Shown in pieces: positions 26,520-36,469 of a stretch of DNA of 64,000 bases. The notes under the pieces were generated by a model. That model worked only from the letters and a program-made list of their open reading frames with translations. It was not told the DNA's origin and ran no database searches. A program made the position numbers and the translations under genes. Origin of the DNA: Candidatus Magasanikiibacteriota bacterium (GTDB lineage: Bacteria; Patescibacteriota; Patescibacteriia; Magasanikbacterales; UBA922); assembly GCA_014729395.1 (NCBI GenBank), contig WJJZ01000010.1, positions 23,901 through 87,900 of the forward strand, written 5' to 3'. Position 1 is the first letter of the stretch, and each line of letters starts with the position of its first letter.

Positions 26520-28986
26520 AAGTCCTGTCCTCGTTGCCCTTTTTACAATTATAATAATACTTTTTTCTGCAGAATCCGCATTTGCCAGTACCAATACCAC
26601 TTCAACAGATTCAAATTTGGAAACAAGTTCAAGTACCACTATTACCGATAACTCAATTGAGCTTGAAAGTTCATCAACCACCGAACAATTAAGTATAAAC
26701 ACATTGATGAATTCAAGTACTTCAACTGTTGACAGCACTAGCTCGAGTACCACAAATTCCTTTATAAGTTTGGGATCAAAATCTGATGAGATCATATCAT
26801 CAGAGGCCAGTGTCGAAGAAGCCACTGATTTATACACAAAACATATAAGTTTCAATCTGCGCTTAGGTGATGAATATGTGATAACTGAGGAGATTAATCT
26901 AAGTACGACCACCTACTCAGACCAAATCAATAATATTGAATACGACTTGGCTACTACCGGTACGGTTTTTTCCGCTCTTGTGCAAGCTGATAATTTATCT
27001 GAAAAATTCAGTATTAGTAATGCACAGTATAACGCAGAATTTGATAGTTTTTATATTGCCTGCCTGGAAATTGATGAAAATGGAGAAAACACTGAATACT
27101 GCGATAATTGGAATTATGTGGTTGACGATGAATACCCTTCAATCGGAATGGATAAATATGAACTGAATGGCGAAGAAAATGTTTATGTATATTTTTCTAC
27201 ACCATGGAAAATTACGACAAAGCATAATGAAGTCGAGGTTAATAGCACAACCACTGTTAAAACATGGCGCTATGCCTATAATGATCCCAATACCGAATGG
27301 GAAGCAGATCCTAATACGATGATTGACATTTCTCAGCCAAACGCAAGTTCTACCGGTTGGTGGGATGAGAATTTAACAGTATCTACCACTTATTCAAACG
27401 AAGATGGGTTTGCAGAACTGATTTTTTCAGAGCCGGGTATTTACAATATTAAAATCACTTCTTCCGACTGGACTAAATGGAGTCAGCCGGTACAAATAAA
27501 TGTTATTAATCAAACCAACCAAACTGTAACTTCCACCCTACAAACCGATTCCGCTACGGTTTCTACACAATCGACAAATTCTTATTCATCTACTTCCGAT
27601 AATGAATTGATTTCCAACACTGATATCGAAGAAGCAGCTAATCGAATATTATCATTTTTGGAATCAGAACAAGACCAATCGGGAAAAATCAAAGATGGCG
27701 GTACAAGTGACTGGAGTACGATTTCTTTCGGAGCAGCCGATATTGACTCGGATACCATAAAAAAAGAAGGTAAGTCATTGATTGATTATGTAAAAGACCG
27801 CGAATTGACCGAAACTAACGAGATTAATCTTTGTGCTGCTTATCCCAGACATATATTGGCTTTGTTGGCCGGCGGAATCGAGTCTGATGATCAACAAATA
27901 AAAAATTTAAGAGAAAAAATTGAAAATGACTGCTACGAATTGGAGAATGATAATAATTATGGGGAAATCGGAATCAATGACGATGTTTTTGCTCTTATTG
28001 CTTTAATTGCAAGTGGTTCTGACACCAAAGACAATCAAATATTAACTGATATATTAAACGAAATTAGCGATGACCAGACAGAAGATGGTGCATTTACTTG
28101 GGTAGGATTTCCTAGCGCTGATATTACCGGAGCTGTAATAAACACTCTTATCTACTCCAAAGAAAATGATATTGAAATTGATGAAAATTTGATTGATAAT
28201 GCACGCCAATACTTAAAAGAAACCCAGCTGGATGATGGCGGTTGGGGTATGGATGATAGTGATGTTCTCACAACATCATGGGTAATGATGGGAATAAACG
28301 CCCTTGGTGAAGATCAGCTTGATTGGCAGACCGATAGCGGAAAAAACCCTTGGTATGTACTGGTACAAAATTTGAATGATGAAGGATATTATGAATCCGA
28401 ATACTATACGGATGAAGTGGATTGGTTTGCAACCAAACATGCTGTTCCGGCTCTTTTGGGTAAAAGTTGGCCGATAGTATTTGAATCCGATAATGAGGAA
28501 AACCCAAACTCAAATACTACCCCATCTGAGACAAAGCCTGAAAACACCTCCGACGAAATAACCGACAACACTAGCACATCCACCACAGACAACATAACGA
28601 CCGATGATTCTGTTACCACTGAAAAAGATGAGCATACGAAATCCCCCACTTCCACACCGGCAGACGATGTAATTACAGATCCCAAAGAATATACTCCTCA
28701 AAACAACTTAAACATCAAAGGTTCAGGTGATTATAATTATGAACCTGCTATCGAAAAAAGTGATGACGCAAGTGATGAAAATGAAGTATTTGAAACGGTT
28801 GAACCGGATAAAATCGGACCCGAAGCAATAGATAAACCAACCACAACCAATAGTGATTTGGACCTGGATATAATAGGATTAATAAGAGAAAATCTACGAA
28901 AAATATTCTTTCTCATTACCGCCCTAACCGGAATTATGACAGTTCATGTAATCGGTAAATACATTCAACATAGAAAAAATAAATAA
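26500..28986 (+). CDS. Large surface protein: signal peptide, S/T-rich linker, alpha/alpha-toroid (prenyltransferase/terpene-cyclase-like) repeats, C-terminal TM anchor
   Basis: Signal peptide VLVALFTIIIILFSAESAFA; repeated Q..DG.W-type motifs (QDQSGKIKDGGTSDWS, QTEDGAFTW, QLDDGGWGMDD); T/D-rich stalk; C-terminal TM IFFLITALTGIMTVHVIG. Start overlaps the upstream gene by 20 nt. Confidence 0.55.
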   Translation: MNKRNYKSPVLVALFTIIIILFSAESAFASTNTTSTDSNLETSSSTTITDNSIELESSSTTEQLSINTLMNSSTSTVDSTSSSTTNSFISLGSKSDEIISSEASVEEATDLYTKHISFNLRLGDEYVITEEINLSTTTYSDQINNIEYDLATTGTVFSALVQADNLSEKFSISNAQYNAEFDSFYIACLEIDENGENTEYCDNWNYVVDDEYPSIGMDKYELNGEENVYVYFSTPWKITTKHNEVEVNSTTTVKTWRYAYNDPNTEWEADPNTMIDISQPNASSTGWWDENLTVSTTYSNEDGFAELIFSEPGIYNIKITSSDWTKWSQPVQINVINQTNQTVTSTLQTDSATVSTQSTNSYSSTSDNELISNTDIEEAANRILSFLESEQDQSGKIKDGGTSDWSTISFGAADIDSDTIKKEGKSLIDYVKDRELTETNEINLCAAYPRHILALLAGGIESDDQQIKNLREKIENDCYELENDNNYGEIGINDDVFALIALIASGSDTKDNQILTDILNEISDDQTEDGAFTWVGFPSADITGAVINTLIYSKENDIEIDENLIDNARQYLKETQLDDGGWGMDDSDVLTTSWVMMGINALGEDQLDWQTDSGKNPWYVLVQNLNDEGYYESEYYTDEVDWFATKHAVPALLGKSWPIVFESDNEENPNSNTTPSETKPENTSDEITDNTSTSTTDNITTDDSVTTEKDEHTKSPTSTPADDVITDPKEYTPQNNLNIKGSGDYNYEPAIEKSDDASDENEVFETVEPDKIGPEAIDKPTTTNSDLDLDIIGLIRENLRKIFFLITALTGIMTVHVIGKYIQHRKNK

Positions 28987-28989
28987 TGC

Positions 28990-29541
28990 TTGTCTTTAAT
29001 AAATATGTTCGATAAAACAAATATTTGGATTATGGTGGCACTGCTTATGTTACTTGGTTTCGCAACCAGATTACTGCCCCATCCACCAAATTTCACACCG
29101 ATAGCGGCAATAGCCATTTTTGGAGGTTTGTATTTACCAAAATACTTGTCTGTTGTAATTCCCATTGCGGTGATGCTGGTTGGAGATATAGTTATTGGAT
29201 TTTATAATCCCTACGTTATGATATCGGTCTATGTAGGCTTTATATTATGTGTTGTATTAGCCTTGATTATTCGTAAAAAGAAAAAAATTCACTACATACT
29301 TGGTACAACCGTCTTCGGATCCATATTATTTTTTTTACTTACGAATATGGCTGTATGGGCTTTTGGTACACTCTATCCACATAGTTTGGCAGGATTGATA
29401 GAGAGCTATACCATGGCCATTCCTTTTTTTAGGAATAGTTTGTTGGGAGACTTGTTTTATGTAGGTGTGCTGGTTGGTGGATTTGAAACGGTCAAATATT
29501 TTTTGTTAAATAATAAAAAAATAGAGCAAAAAATAATCTGA
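28990..29541 (+). CDS. Small polytopic membrane protein (5-6 TM), ECF S-component/BtuM-like candidate
   Basis: 183 aa with LLPHPPNFTPIAAIAIFGG followed by 4-5 further TM helices; last gene of the putative operon before the terminator. Confidence 0.4.
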   Translation: MSLINMFDKTNIWIMVALLMLLGFATRLLPHPPNFTPIAAIAIFGGLYLPKYLSVVIPIAVMLVGDIVIGFYNPYVMISVYVGFILCVVLALIIRKKKKIHYILGTTVFGSILFFLLTNMAVWAFGTLYPHSLAGLIESYTMAIPFFRNSLLGDLFYVGVLVGGFETVKYFLLNNKKIEQKII

Positions 29542-29566
29542 TCTAAAAAAAATAAGAATAAAAAAA

Positions 29567-29604
29567 CCCCGGACCAGTGAAATGGTGCGGGGTTTGTGGT
29601 TTTT
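29567..29604. terminator. Bidirectional intrinsic terminator (CCCCG..CGGGG flanked by A7 and U-run)
   Basis: aaaaaaaccccggaccagtgaaatggtgcggggtttgtggttttt between convergent genes. Confidence 0.6.
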
Positions 29605-29621
29605 GTATCTTTCACACCTCC

Positions 29622-29819
29622 TTACTTTGTACCAAGGAAACCAGGCCAACCGCCCTTTTTCTTCCAAACATCTGAATAGGTTTGGTGTGGACCAGACGGG
29701 AGACGGAGGTCCTGTTTGTAGCCTTTGATATATCCTCTAGAGGTTTTAAACCCCAAAGCCTGGGCAGCTTTGGAAGCTTCTTCCCAAGTTTCGTAGAAAC
29801 TAATTATTTTTTTACCCAA
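29622..29819 (-). pseudogene. Frameshift-separated fourth copy of the helicase C-terminal repeat
   Basis: Encodes GKKIISFYETWEEASKAAQALGFKT..GGWPGFLG, identical in pattern to repeats 1-3 of the upstream helicase. Separated by a +1 frameshift in a G3 (vs G2) run near 29835. Confidence 0.5.
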
Positions 29820-31392
29820 GAAACCAGGCCAACCGCCCTTTTTCTTTCCAGACCTCGGAGTAACTATTATTCGGGTCAGATGGAAGACGGAGGTCTTTTC
29901 TGTAGTGTTCTTGGTATTCTGTTTTAGTTTTAAACCCCAAAGCCTGGGCAGCTTTGGAAGCTTCTTCCCAGGTTTCGTAGAAACTAATTATCTTCTTACC
30001 CAAGAAACCAGGCCAACCGCCTTTTTCTTTCCAGACCTCGGAGTAACTCTTATTCGGGTAAGATGGAAGACGGAGGTCTTTTCTGTAGTGTTCTTTGTAT
30101 TCTGTTACAGTTTTAAACCCCAAAGCTTGTGCAGCTTTGGAGGCTTCTTCCCAGGTAGGGTAGAAATTCCGAGACAGCATAACATCAACATAGTCGAGAA
30201 TCCCGACAACCTCTTCCAAGTACTCATCATAGAACACCTTAAAGCCGGTTGAGACCTCTCTCACATCGGTGTCATAATCATCCCGAAGGCCGACAGAAAC
30301 CAGCTGTCCGATGAATTCCAAGCGCCGGTAGGTGCCGACAAAGTCCATGACAACCACTTTTTGCTTGTCTCTGGTCTTGCGCAGACCTCGACCGAGCTGC
30401 TGGTACCAGACTACGGCGCTTCTGGTTGAACGCAGGAAGACGATCAGGTCAACAGTGGGGATGTCAATTGCTTCATTGAACATATCCACCGTGAGTAGTG
30501 TCCGAATCTCTCCTCTTTGAAACGCTTGGAAGCGCTCTTTGAGAGTCTTTGTCTTGAGGCCCGAATGGTATGACACAGCCTCGGGAAAGTATTTGTTGAC
30601 TCTCCTAAGGTGGCTGATCGAACGACAGAAAATGACCGCCTGTTTGTCAGCAACCGACTGCTCGGCTTTGACAGTTTCGGCAATCGCTTCCAGTTTTTCA
30701 ACTAGAAAGAGATTTTTGTCAAGTTTTGTCTTTGAAATGGAGCGGTCCTCTTGCCTGACTCTCTCGATGAGATCTTGTATAACCTCTCTTGAGATGTTGT
30801 CGGTCAAGAGCCGGTACTCCACCTCAGCCAGCCACTCGTTGTCAGCGAGTGCCTCTTTCAAGCCGTAGGAGTATACCTCGTCTCCAAAGATATCCCTGAT
30901 ATCAAGACCATCTCCCCTGAAAGGAGTAGCGGTCATACCAAGCATGAACCGGGGTGTGAAGTAGTCGATGATTTCCTTGTAGGTCTCTGCATGAGAATGA
31001 TGAGCCTCGTCTACGATGACAAGAGAAAACTCATCCTCTTCCAGCTCCCAAACAAGGCTTTCCTGCATGGTCTGAAAAGTACTAAGGAGCACCGTGGCAT
31101 CCTTATCTTCTTTGACCACGCCATTGACAATCGAGATGCCGGGCTTGTCCTCAAGACTGAAGAGAGCCTCTTCAAACTCCTGTTTGGCCTGATACAGCGG
31201 GTCGGTCATATGAAGGATAAAGAGAACTTTACCTCCATAATTTTCCAACCAATAGCGAATGATGTTGCCGGCGAGCACTGTCTTGCCCAAGCCGGAGGCC
31301 ATGGAAATTAGAACAGTTTTGAATCCACTGCTCACGGCCTCAAGGATAGCCGACTTAGCTTCTTCCTGATAAGGTCTGAGTGTTTTCATCAC
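29812..31392 (-). CDS. SF2 (DEAH/ResIII-type) helicase with C-terminal tandem 60-aa repeats
   Basis: Motif I MASGLGKT, motif II VIVDEAHH, motif III TATP, motif VI QQLGRGLR; followed by three repeats of ETWEEASKAAQALGFKT..EY..YRKDLRLPS.PN.SYSEVWKEKGGWPGFLG. Confidence 0.8.
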   Translation of the reverse strand: MMKTLRPYQEEAKSAILEAVSSGFKTVLISMASGLGKTVLAGNIIRYWLENYGGKVLFILHMTDPLYQAKQEFEEALFSLEDKPGISIVNGVVKEDKDATVLLSTFQTMQESLVWELEEDEFSLVIVDEAHHSHAETYKEIIDYFTPRFMLGMTATPFRGDGLDIRDIFGDEVYSYGLKEALADNEWLAEVEYRLLTDNISREVIQDLIERVRQEDRSISKTKLDKNLFLVEKLEAIAETVKAEQSVADKQAVIFCRSISHLRRVNKYFPEAVSYHSGLKTKTLKERFQAFQRGEIRTLLTVDMFNEAIDIPTVDLIVFLRSTRSAVVWYQQLGRGLRKTRDKQKVVVMDFVGTYRRLEFIGQLVSVGLRDDYDTDVREVSTGFKVFYDEYLEEVVGILDYVDVMLSRNFYPTWEEASKAAQALGFKTVTEYKEHYRKDLRLPSYPNKSYSEVWKEKGGWPGFLGKKIISFYETWEEASKAAQALGFKTKTEYQEHYRKDLRLPSDPNNSYSEVWKEKGRLAWFLG

Positions 31393-31535
31393 TGACTCTC
31401 CTATGTGAAAGTTTTGTTTTTGAATGTACGATTAACGGCTAAGTTTAGTATAAAATTGAAATTTTGTCAAGTTAAATAAAATATCCCTATTTTTAGGGAT
31501 ATTTTTGAATAATTTTTGTCTAATTATAGCCTAAT

Positions 31536-33161
31536 TTACTTATCAATCGCTGCCTTTATAAACTCTCGAAACAGCGGATGTGGCTTCATCGGACGAGATT
31601 TGAATTCCGGATGAAACTGAGTACCCACAAAGAAAGGATGATTTTCTAACTCGACTATTTCCACTAAATCGGCATCTTTGTTCATACCAACCACTTTCAA
31701 GCCGGCTTTATCCACTTCATCTCGATAATCATTATTAAATTCGTATCTGTGACGATGACGTTCGCTGATTTTTTCTTCACCATAGGCGCGCTTTACCATC
31801 GAAGATTCTTTCAGACTGCAATCATAAGCACCTAAACGCATAGTTCCTCCATATCTATTTTCTTTTACATTTTTTGCCTGATTTGGATTTATGTGAATTA
31901 CAGGTTCAGGTGTATCCGGATCCATCTCAACCGTATTTGCATTTGTTTTACCCAGTACATTTCTCACAAACTCTACCGAAGCTAATTGCATACCATAACA
32001 CAATCCCAAATACGGTACTTTATTTTCTCTTGCATAACGGATTGCTTCGATAATTCCCTCCACACCTCTTGTACCAAAACCACCAGGAACAATAATCCCA
32101 TGATAATCTGATAATTTTTTTATACTATCGGATTCATTTTCAAAATCTTCTGAATCCACCCAATCCAATTCAGGCTCGACACCATTAAACCAGGCAGCAT
32201 GTTTTATTGCTTCGATTACCGATATATATGAATCAGCCAAAGTAAATTCTCCAGTTCCGAAGTATTTTCCAACTACGGCGATCTTTATTTTTTTATCCAA
32301 ATTATCTATTTTTGAAACAAAAGATTGCCAGGTCGACATGTCACTTTCTCTATTGTCAATTTTCAACTTGTTTAAGAGTTTATTACCAATATCCTGTTCT
32401 TCTAATTTCAAAGGAATTTCATAAATGGAAGAGACATCCGGTGCGGAAATACAATTATCACGAGGGATACCACAGTGTATTGCCAATTTCTCTCTTCGTG
32501 GCTGATCCAATTCAAACTGGCCTCTAGCTATCAACATGTCAGCATTCAAACCGGCACTGTTTAAGGCTCTTGAAGCATGCTGGGTCGGCTTGGTTTTCAT
32601 TTCACCCAGATGTTTTGGTACAGGCAAATAGCTAACCAGAACAAAGGCTACATTATCCGGATTTTTCAATCTCATTCTTCTTCCTGCTTCTAAAAATAAA
32701 ATATTTTCATATTCACCCACGGTTCCGCCAACTTCAATGATTGTAATATCCGCATCATGCATATCCGCAGAGGTTTCAATTCGTCTTATTATTTCTTCCG
32801 GAATATGGGGTACAACCTGAACACATTTTCCATTGTATTTCATTGTTCGTTCATTCTCTATTACAGTCAAATAAACACGTCCGGTTGTCATATAATTTAT
32901 GGAGCCCAGACTGGTGTCCAAAAAGCGTTCATAGTTGCCCATATCCTGATCCGTCTCATCGCCATCATCTGTTACAAATACTTCACCATGCTCTGTAGGG
33001 TTCATCGTACCGGCATCAACATTCACATAAGGGTCCACCTTTAATGCGGTTACCTTAAAACCTTTGGTTCTAAAAATTGCCCCCAAAGATGCCGTGGTTA
33101 CACCTTTTCCAACACCACTCAATACACCTCCCACTACAAATATGTACTTTCTTTGTTTCAT
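31536..33161 (-). CDS. pyrG: CTP synthase
   Basis: GVGKG P-loop, synthetase domain and C-terminal GATase (GLCYGMQ, H..E). Start taken at MKQRKY, 9 codons inside the ORF. Confidence 0.9.
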   Translation of the reverse strand: MKQRKYIFVVGGVLSGVGKGVTTASLGAIFRTKGFKVTALKVDPYVNVDAGTMNPTEHGEVFVTDDGDETDQDMGNYERFLDTSLGSINYMTTGRVYLTVIENERTMKYNGKCVQVVPHIPEEIIRRIETSADMHDADITIIEVGGTVGEYENILFLEAGRRMRLKNPDNVAFVLVSYLPVPKHLGEMKTKPTQHASRALNSAGLNADMLIARGQFELDQPRREKLAIHCGIPRDNCISAPDVSSIYEIPLKLEEQDIGNKLLNKLKIDNRESDMSTWQSFVSKIDNLDKKIKIAVVGKYFGTGEFTLADSYISVIEAIKHAAWFNGVEPELDWVDSEDFENESDSIKKLSDYHGIIVPGGFGTRGVEGIIEAIRYARENKVPYLGLCYGMQLASVEFVRNVLGKTNANTVEMDPDTPEPVIHINPNQAKNVKENRYGGTMRLGAYDCSLKESSMVKRAYGEEKISERHRHRYEFNNDYRDEVDKAGLKVVGMNKDADLVEIVELENHPFFVGTQFHPEFKSRPMKPHPLFREFIKAAIDK

Positions 33162-33215
33162 AAATACTTTTTTTATATAAAAAAACAAAAACCCCTCCGT
33201 GAGGAGGTAGTTTTA

Positions 33216-33662
33216 TTAGGCTTCGTTGATAATTATTGATAAGCTCGCTTCCAAGCCGTGAGACAATGTAACTTTTGCCTCGTGCTCGCCCAAATCCTTT
33301 ATCGGGCTTGGCAGATCTATTTGTCTTGGTTTTATAGTAACACCCAACTTTTCTTTTATATTTTGAGCTATTTTATTTGTTGATAATGCGGCATACAACG
33401 TTCCGTTGCTATTTACTTTGGCATCAATCTCCAACTCGGCACCATCAAGTTTGGCGGCCTTTTTTTGCTCTTCTTTCAAATCTCTTTCCATTTGTTTTAC
33501 TTTCTTTTTGGTTTCTTGCTGAAGTCTATTCATTACGTGATCACTAGCCGGCTTTGCCAAACCTTTTTTTAACAAAAAATTACGAGCGTATCCATCGGCT
33601 ACCTCTTTAATGTCACTTTTCTTTCCTGTTCCGGGAACATCTTTTAATAATATTACCTTCAT
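33216..33662 (-). CDS. rplI: 50S ribosomal protein L9
   Basis: [28 protein letters not shown]-domain of L9. Confidence 0.9.
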   Translation of the reverse strand: MKVILLKDVPGTGKKSDIKEVADGYARNFLLKKGLAKPASDHVMNRLQQETKKKVKQMERDLKEEQKKAAKLDGAELEIDAKVNSNGTLYAALSTNKIAQNIKEKLGVTIKPRQIDLPSPIKDLGEHEAKVTLSHGLEASLSIIINEA

Positions 33663-33874
33663 ACTTTGTTATAATAGCATAAAGCTTGAAAATAGTGCAA
33701 GGAGGTGATAGTATAGTTTTAAAAGAAACGAATACTATTGATGTAAGAAATATGAAAACTACGAAATTACGAAAAAACATTTAAGAAGGTTTTCGTGATT
33801 TTGTAATGACCTAAGGCTGATTTGTATTTAATATATTACTTTTTACACTAAAAATTACAAAGAATAATTCTTAT

Positions 33875-34723
33875 ATGAAATCAGGTTTTGTTGTCCTTGT
33901 CGGACGCTCAAATGTGGGTAAATCTACACTATTAAACACACTGGTGGGTACAAAAATAGCTGCTACCAGTTTTAGGGCCCAGATGACCCGCCACATCATT
34001 CACGGAGCCATGAACACCCCCGAGGGTCAGGCAGTTTTTTTGGATACTCCGGGAGTTTTTAAGGATAAAAAAAATTTACTAAGTGCCAAGCTCACAAACA
34101 AAGCCAAAGAAGCTTTGGAAGGCATTGACCTGATCATTTATGTTGTTGACCCTACTCGAGAAATTGGTGACGAAGAACGAGCTGTCTATGGTATGATTCG
34201 TCATCTTGATATACCAAAATTGCTTGTAATAAATAAAAGTGACTTACCGGAACTGCAAAGAAAGCATCAAAAAAGTTATGAACTTTGGAAAAAAGACTTT
34301 GATGAAATGTTTATCCTATCTGCATTAAAAGCAAGCCACATCAAACCTCTAAAAGACAAAGTAATTGAACTTTTGCCGGAAGGAGAACCTATTTACAAAG
34401 AAAACCAGATCACTAATGTAGATAACTACTTTTGGGTCGCTGAAATAATACGTGAAAAAATATTCTCTGTATTGGAAAAAGAAATTCCCTATGCAGTTAC
34501 GGTGGAAGTGGATAATATTGAAGAAAAGCCGGATATAATTGTAATTTCAGCTCGCATTTTGACTGAAGCCGATCGCTATAAAAAAATAATAATTGGCCGA
34601 AAGGGTCTAAAAATTAAAGAAATCGGTCAGATGGCCAGAAAAGAACTGGAACAAGCCCTAAATAAAAAAATCTTCCTGGAATTGGAAGTGGAGATTGATA
34701 AACATTGGGTAGAGAGGGTTTGA
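33875..34723 (+). CDS. era: GTPase Era
   Basis: G1 GRSNVGKST, G3 DTPG, G4 NKSD and a C-terminal KH domain. Confidence 0.9.
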   Translation: MKSGFVVLVGRSNVGKSTLLNTLVGTKIAATSFRAQMTRHIIHGAMNTPEGQAVFLDTPGVFKDKKNLLSAKLTNKAKEALEGIDLIIYVVDPTREIGDEERAVYGMIRHLDIPKLLVINKSDLPELQRKHQKSYELWKKDFDEMFILSALKASHIKPLKDKVIELLPEGEPIYKENQITNVDNYFWVAEIIREKIFSVLEKEIPYAVTVEVDNIEEKPDIIVISARILTEADRYKKIIIGRKGLKIKEIGQMARKELEQALNKKIFLELEVEIDKHWVERV

Positions 34724-34752
34724 GAACTATGTAAAATCGAGATCAACAATTC

Positions 34753-35163
34753 ATGGAACTGGCAATAGATGAGGCCTTGCATTCAAATGAACCTCTAAAG
34801 TGTGGGGTTGTTATTACCAGGGATGATATTGTAATAGCCAAACAACATAATTCTCAAAGACTCTCTAATGATGCGACTTCACATGCTGAAATTAGAGCTG
34901 TTAGAAAAGCTGGACAAAAATTACAAAACAAAAATTTAAACGGATGTACAGCTTTTTGTACTTGTGAACCATGTATCATGTGCCTTTCGGCTCTTTGTTT
35001 TGCGAAAATTGATAAATTATTTTATGGTCTATCACTTAAAGACGTTTCACCAAAAGAAAAATCTATAAGTATAGATATATACACCTTTTTAAAAGAAGCA
35101 CCTTATAAATTTGAAGTGGTCAAAAATTTTATGAAAGATGAATGTAAAAAAACACTTTTATAA
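34753..35163 (+). CDS. CMP/dCMP-type zinc deaminase (TadA/RibD-deaminase-like)
   Basis: HAEIRAV and CEPCIMC zinc-binding motifs; adjacent to rib genes, so a RibD-deaminase role is possible. Confidence 0.6.
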   Translation: MELAIDEALHSNEPLKCGVVITRDDIVIAKQHNSQRLSNDATSHAEIRAVRKAGQKLQNKNLNGCTAFCTCEPCIMCLSALCFAKIDKLFYGLSLKDVSPKEKSISIDIYTFLKEAPYKFEVVKNFMKDECKKTLL

Positions 35164-35634
35164 ATCTTTTTGCATTTTTCCCAATAAAGCCATTTCAATC
35201 GCGCTTAATCCCCACTCATAACCATTATTTTTCTTTCCGCTTGATCTTTCAATTGCTTGTTCTTCTGTAAGGCAGGTCAAAACTCCAAAAATTACCGGTA
35301 TGTCTGTTTCCAAATTCAGACGAGTTATGCCTTGTGTCACAGCTTCGGCAATATATTCAAAATGCATTGTTTCTCCTTTTATGAGAGACCCCAAACAAAC
35401 AACAGCATCAACCTGTTGTTTTTTTATCAATTTAGAAGCTGCAAAAGGCAATTCATAAGAGCCGGGAACTTCATAAACAATTATATTTTCTTCCTTTACA
35501 TTGGAATCAAGCAAAGCCTGCTTACATTTTTCCAGCAATGGATCTGTAATAAAAGAATTCCATCGGGATTTTGCAATCCCAATTTTTAAGTCACTCCCAT
35601 CCAAGTTTTTAAACTCAATTCCTTTCATACACAA
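35158..35634 (-). CDS. ribH: 6,7-dimethyl-8-ribityllumazine synthase
   Basis: KIGIAKSRWN..VPGSYELP..VVCLGSLIKGETMHFEYI is the RibH core. Confidence 0.85.
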   Translation of the reverse strand: MCMKGIEFKNLDGSDLKIGIAKSRWNSFITDPLLEKCKQALLDSNVKEENIIVYEVPGSYELPFAASKLIKKQQVDAVVCLGSLIKGETMHFEYIAEAVTQGITRLNLETDIPVIFGVLTCLTEEQAIERSSGKKNNGYEWGLSAIEMALLGKMQKDL

Positions 35635-35736
35635 CCAACAGTCGGCAGTTCACAGCCTGCAGACGTTGTTTTAATTATATATTAATTGTGAATAATACAC
35701 TGTTGTTAATTCTTCCTTACGGTCTATGACCAACAA

Positions 35737-36348
35737 TCAACAACGTCTGTTGGCTGCTGGCGGTTGGCGGTTGGCTGTAATGACATACTTTGCCAACATA
35801 TCAAATTCAATATTAACTTTATCGCCTATTTTTAATCGCCCCAGAGTTGTGTTTTTCAAAGTATATTCAATCAGTGAAACCGTAAATCCACTTTCTTCAA
35901 CTCTTGCCACTGTCAAACTCACCCCATCAACCGCAACTGACCCTTCCGGGGTAATGTATTGCATCCACTCTGATGGAATTTTGATACTCACGAGCTTATT
36001 ATCTCCTTCCGCAACAATATTTTCCACCTTACCTACACAATCAACATGACCATAAACAAAATGACCACCGATTTCATCACCAACTTTAAGTGAAGTTTCC
36101 AGATTTACTTTATCACCAATTTTTTTTTGCCCAAGAGAAGTCTTTCGCAAAGTCTCGGGCATAACTTCAAAAAAAATTTTACCATCTTTTTTTTCAAAAA
36201 CTGTTAAGCAAACACCGCTATTACAAATACTTGCCCCAAATTCAACTCTCGAAGCTGCGTCAAGCTCTTTTATAACAAAAATAAAGCCTTGAGCTTTTGG
36301 CTTTATCTCAACTATCTCCCCCATTTCTTTAATTATTCCTGAAAACAT
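35737..36348 (-). CDS. ribE: Riboflavin synthase alpha subunit
   Basis: MFSGII N-terminus and duplicated lumazine-binding barrels (GASICNSGVCLTV / GSVAVDGVSLTV). Confidence 0.85.
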   Translation of the reverse strand: MFSGIIKEMGEIVEIKPKAQGFIFVIKELDAASRVEFGASICNSGVCLTVFEKKDGKIFFEVMPETLRKTSLGQKKIGDKVNLETSLKVGDEIGGHFVYGHVDCVGKVENIVAEGDNKLVSIKIPSEWMQYITPEGSVAVDGVSLTVARVEESGFTVSLIEYTLKNTTLGRLKIGDKVNIEFDMLAKYVITANRQPPAANRRC

Positions 36349-36447
36349 ACTACAAATACTTTAATATCCTGATATTCGGATAATTCAGATTTTCGTATTT
36401 ACTAATGATCTTATTATAAAACCTGTTGGATATATCCATAGATCCGC

Positions 36448-36469
36448 ACCTGCCTGCCGGCAGGCAGGT
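36448..36469. repeat. Perfect 22-bp GC-rich palindrome ACCTGCCTGCCGGCAGGCAGGT (copy 1 of 2), flanked by GATCCG direct repeats (36441-36446 and 36478-36483)
   Basis: Exact palindrome; the 20-bp core recurs at 44008-44027. Confidence 0.7.

Noticed and set aside
26514-28701. Minus-strand ORFs 26514-26912, 28268-28513, 28404-28685 and 28510-28701
   Set aside because: Antisense to the 828-aa surface protein gene; no support.
29622-30200. Tandem 183-bp repeats as a CRISPR-like array
   Set aside because: The period is far too long, there are no unique spacers, and the repeats are in-frame coding sequence of the helicase C-terminus.
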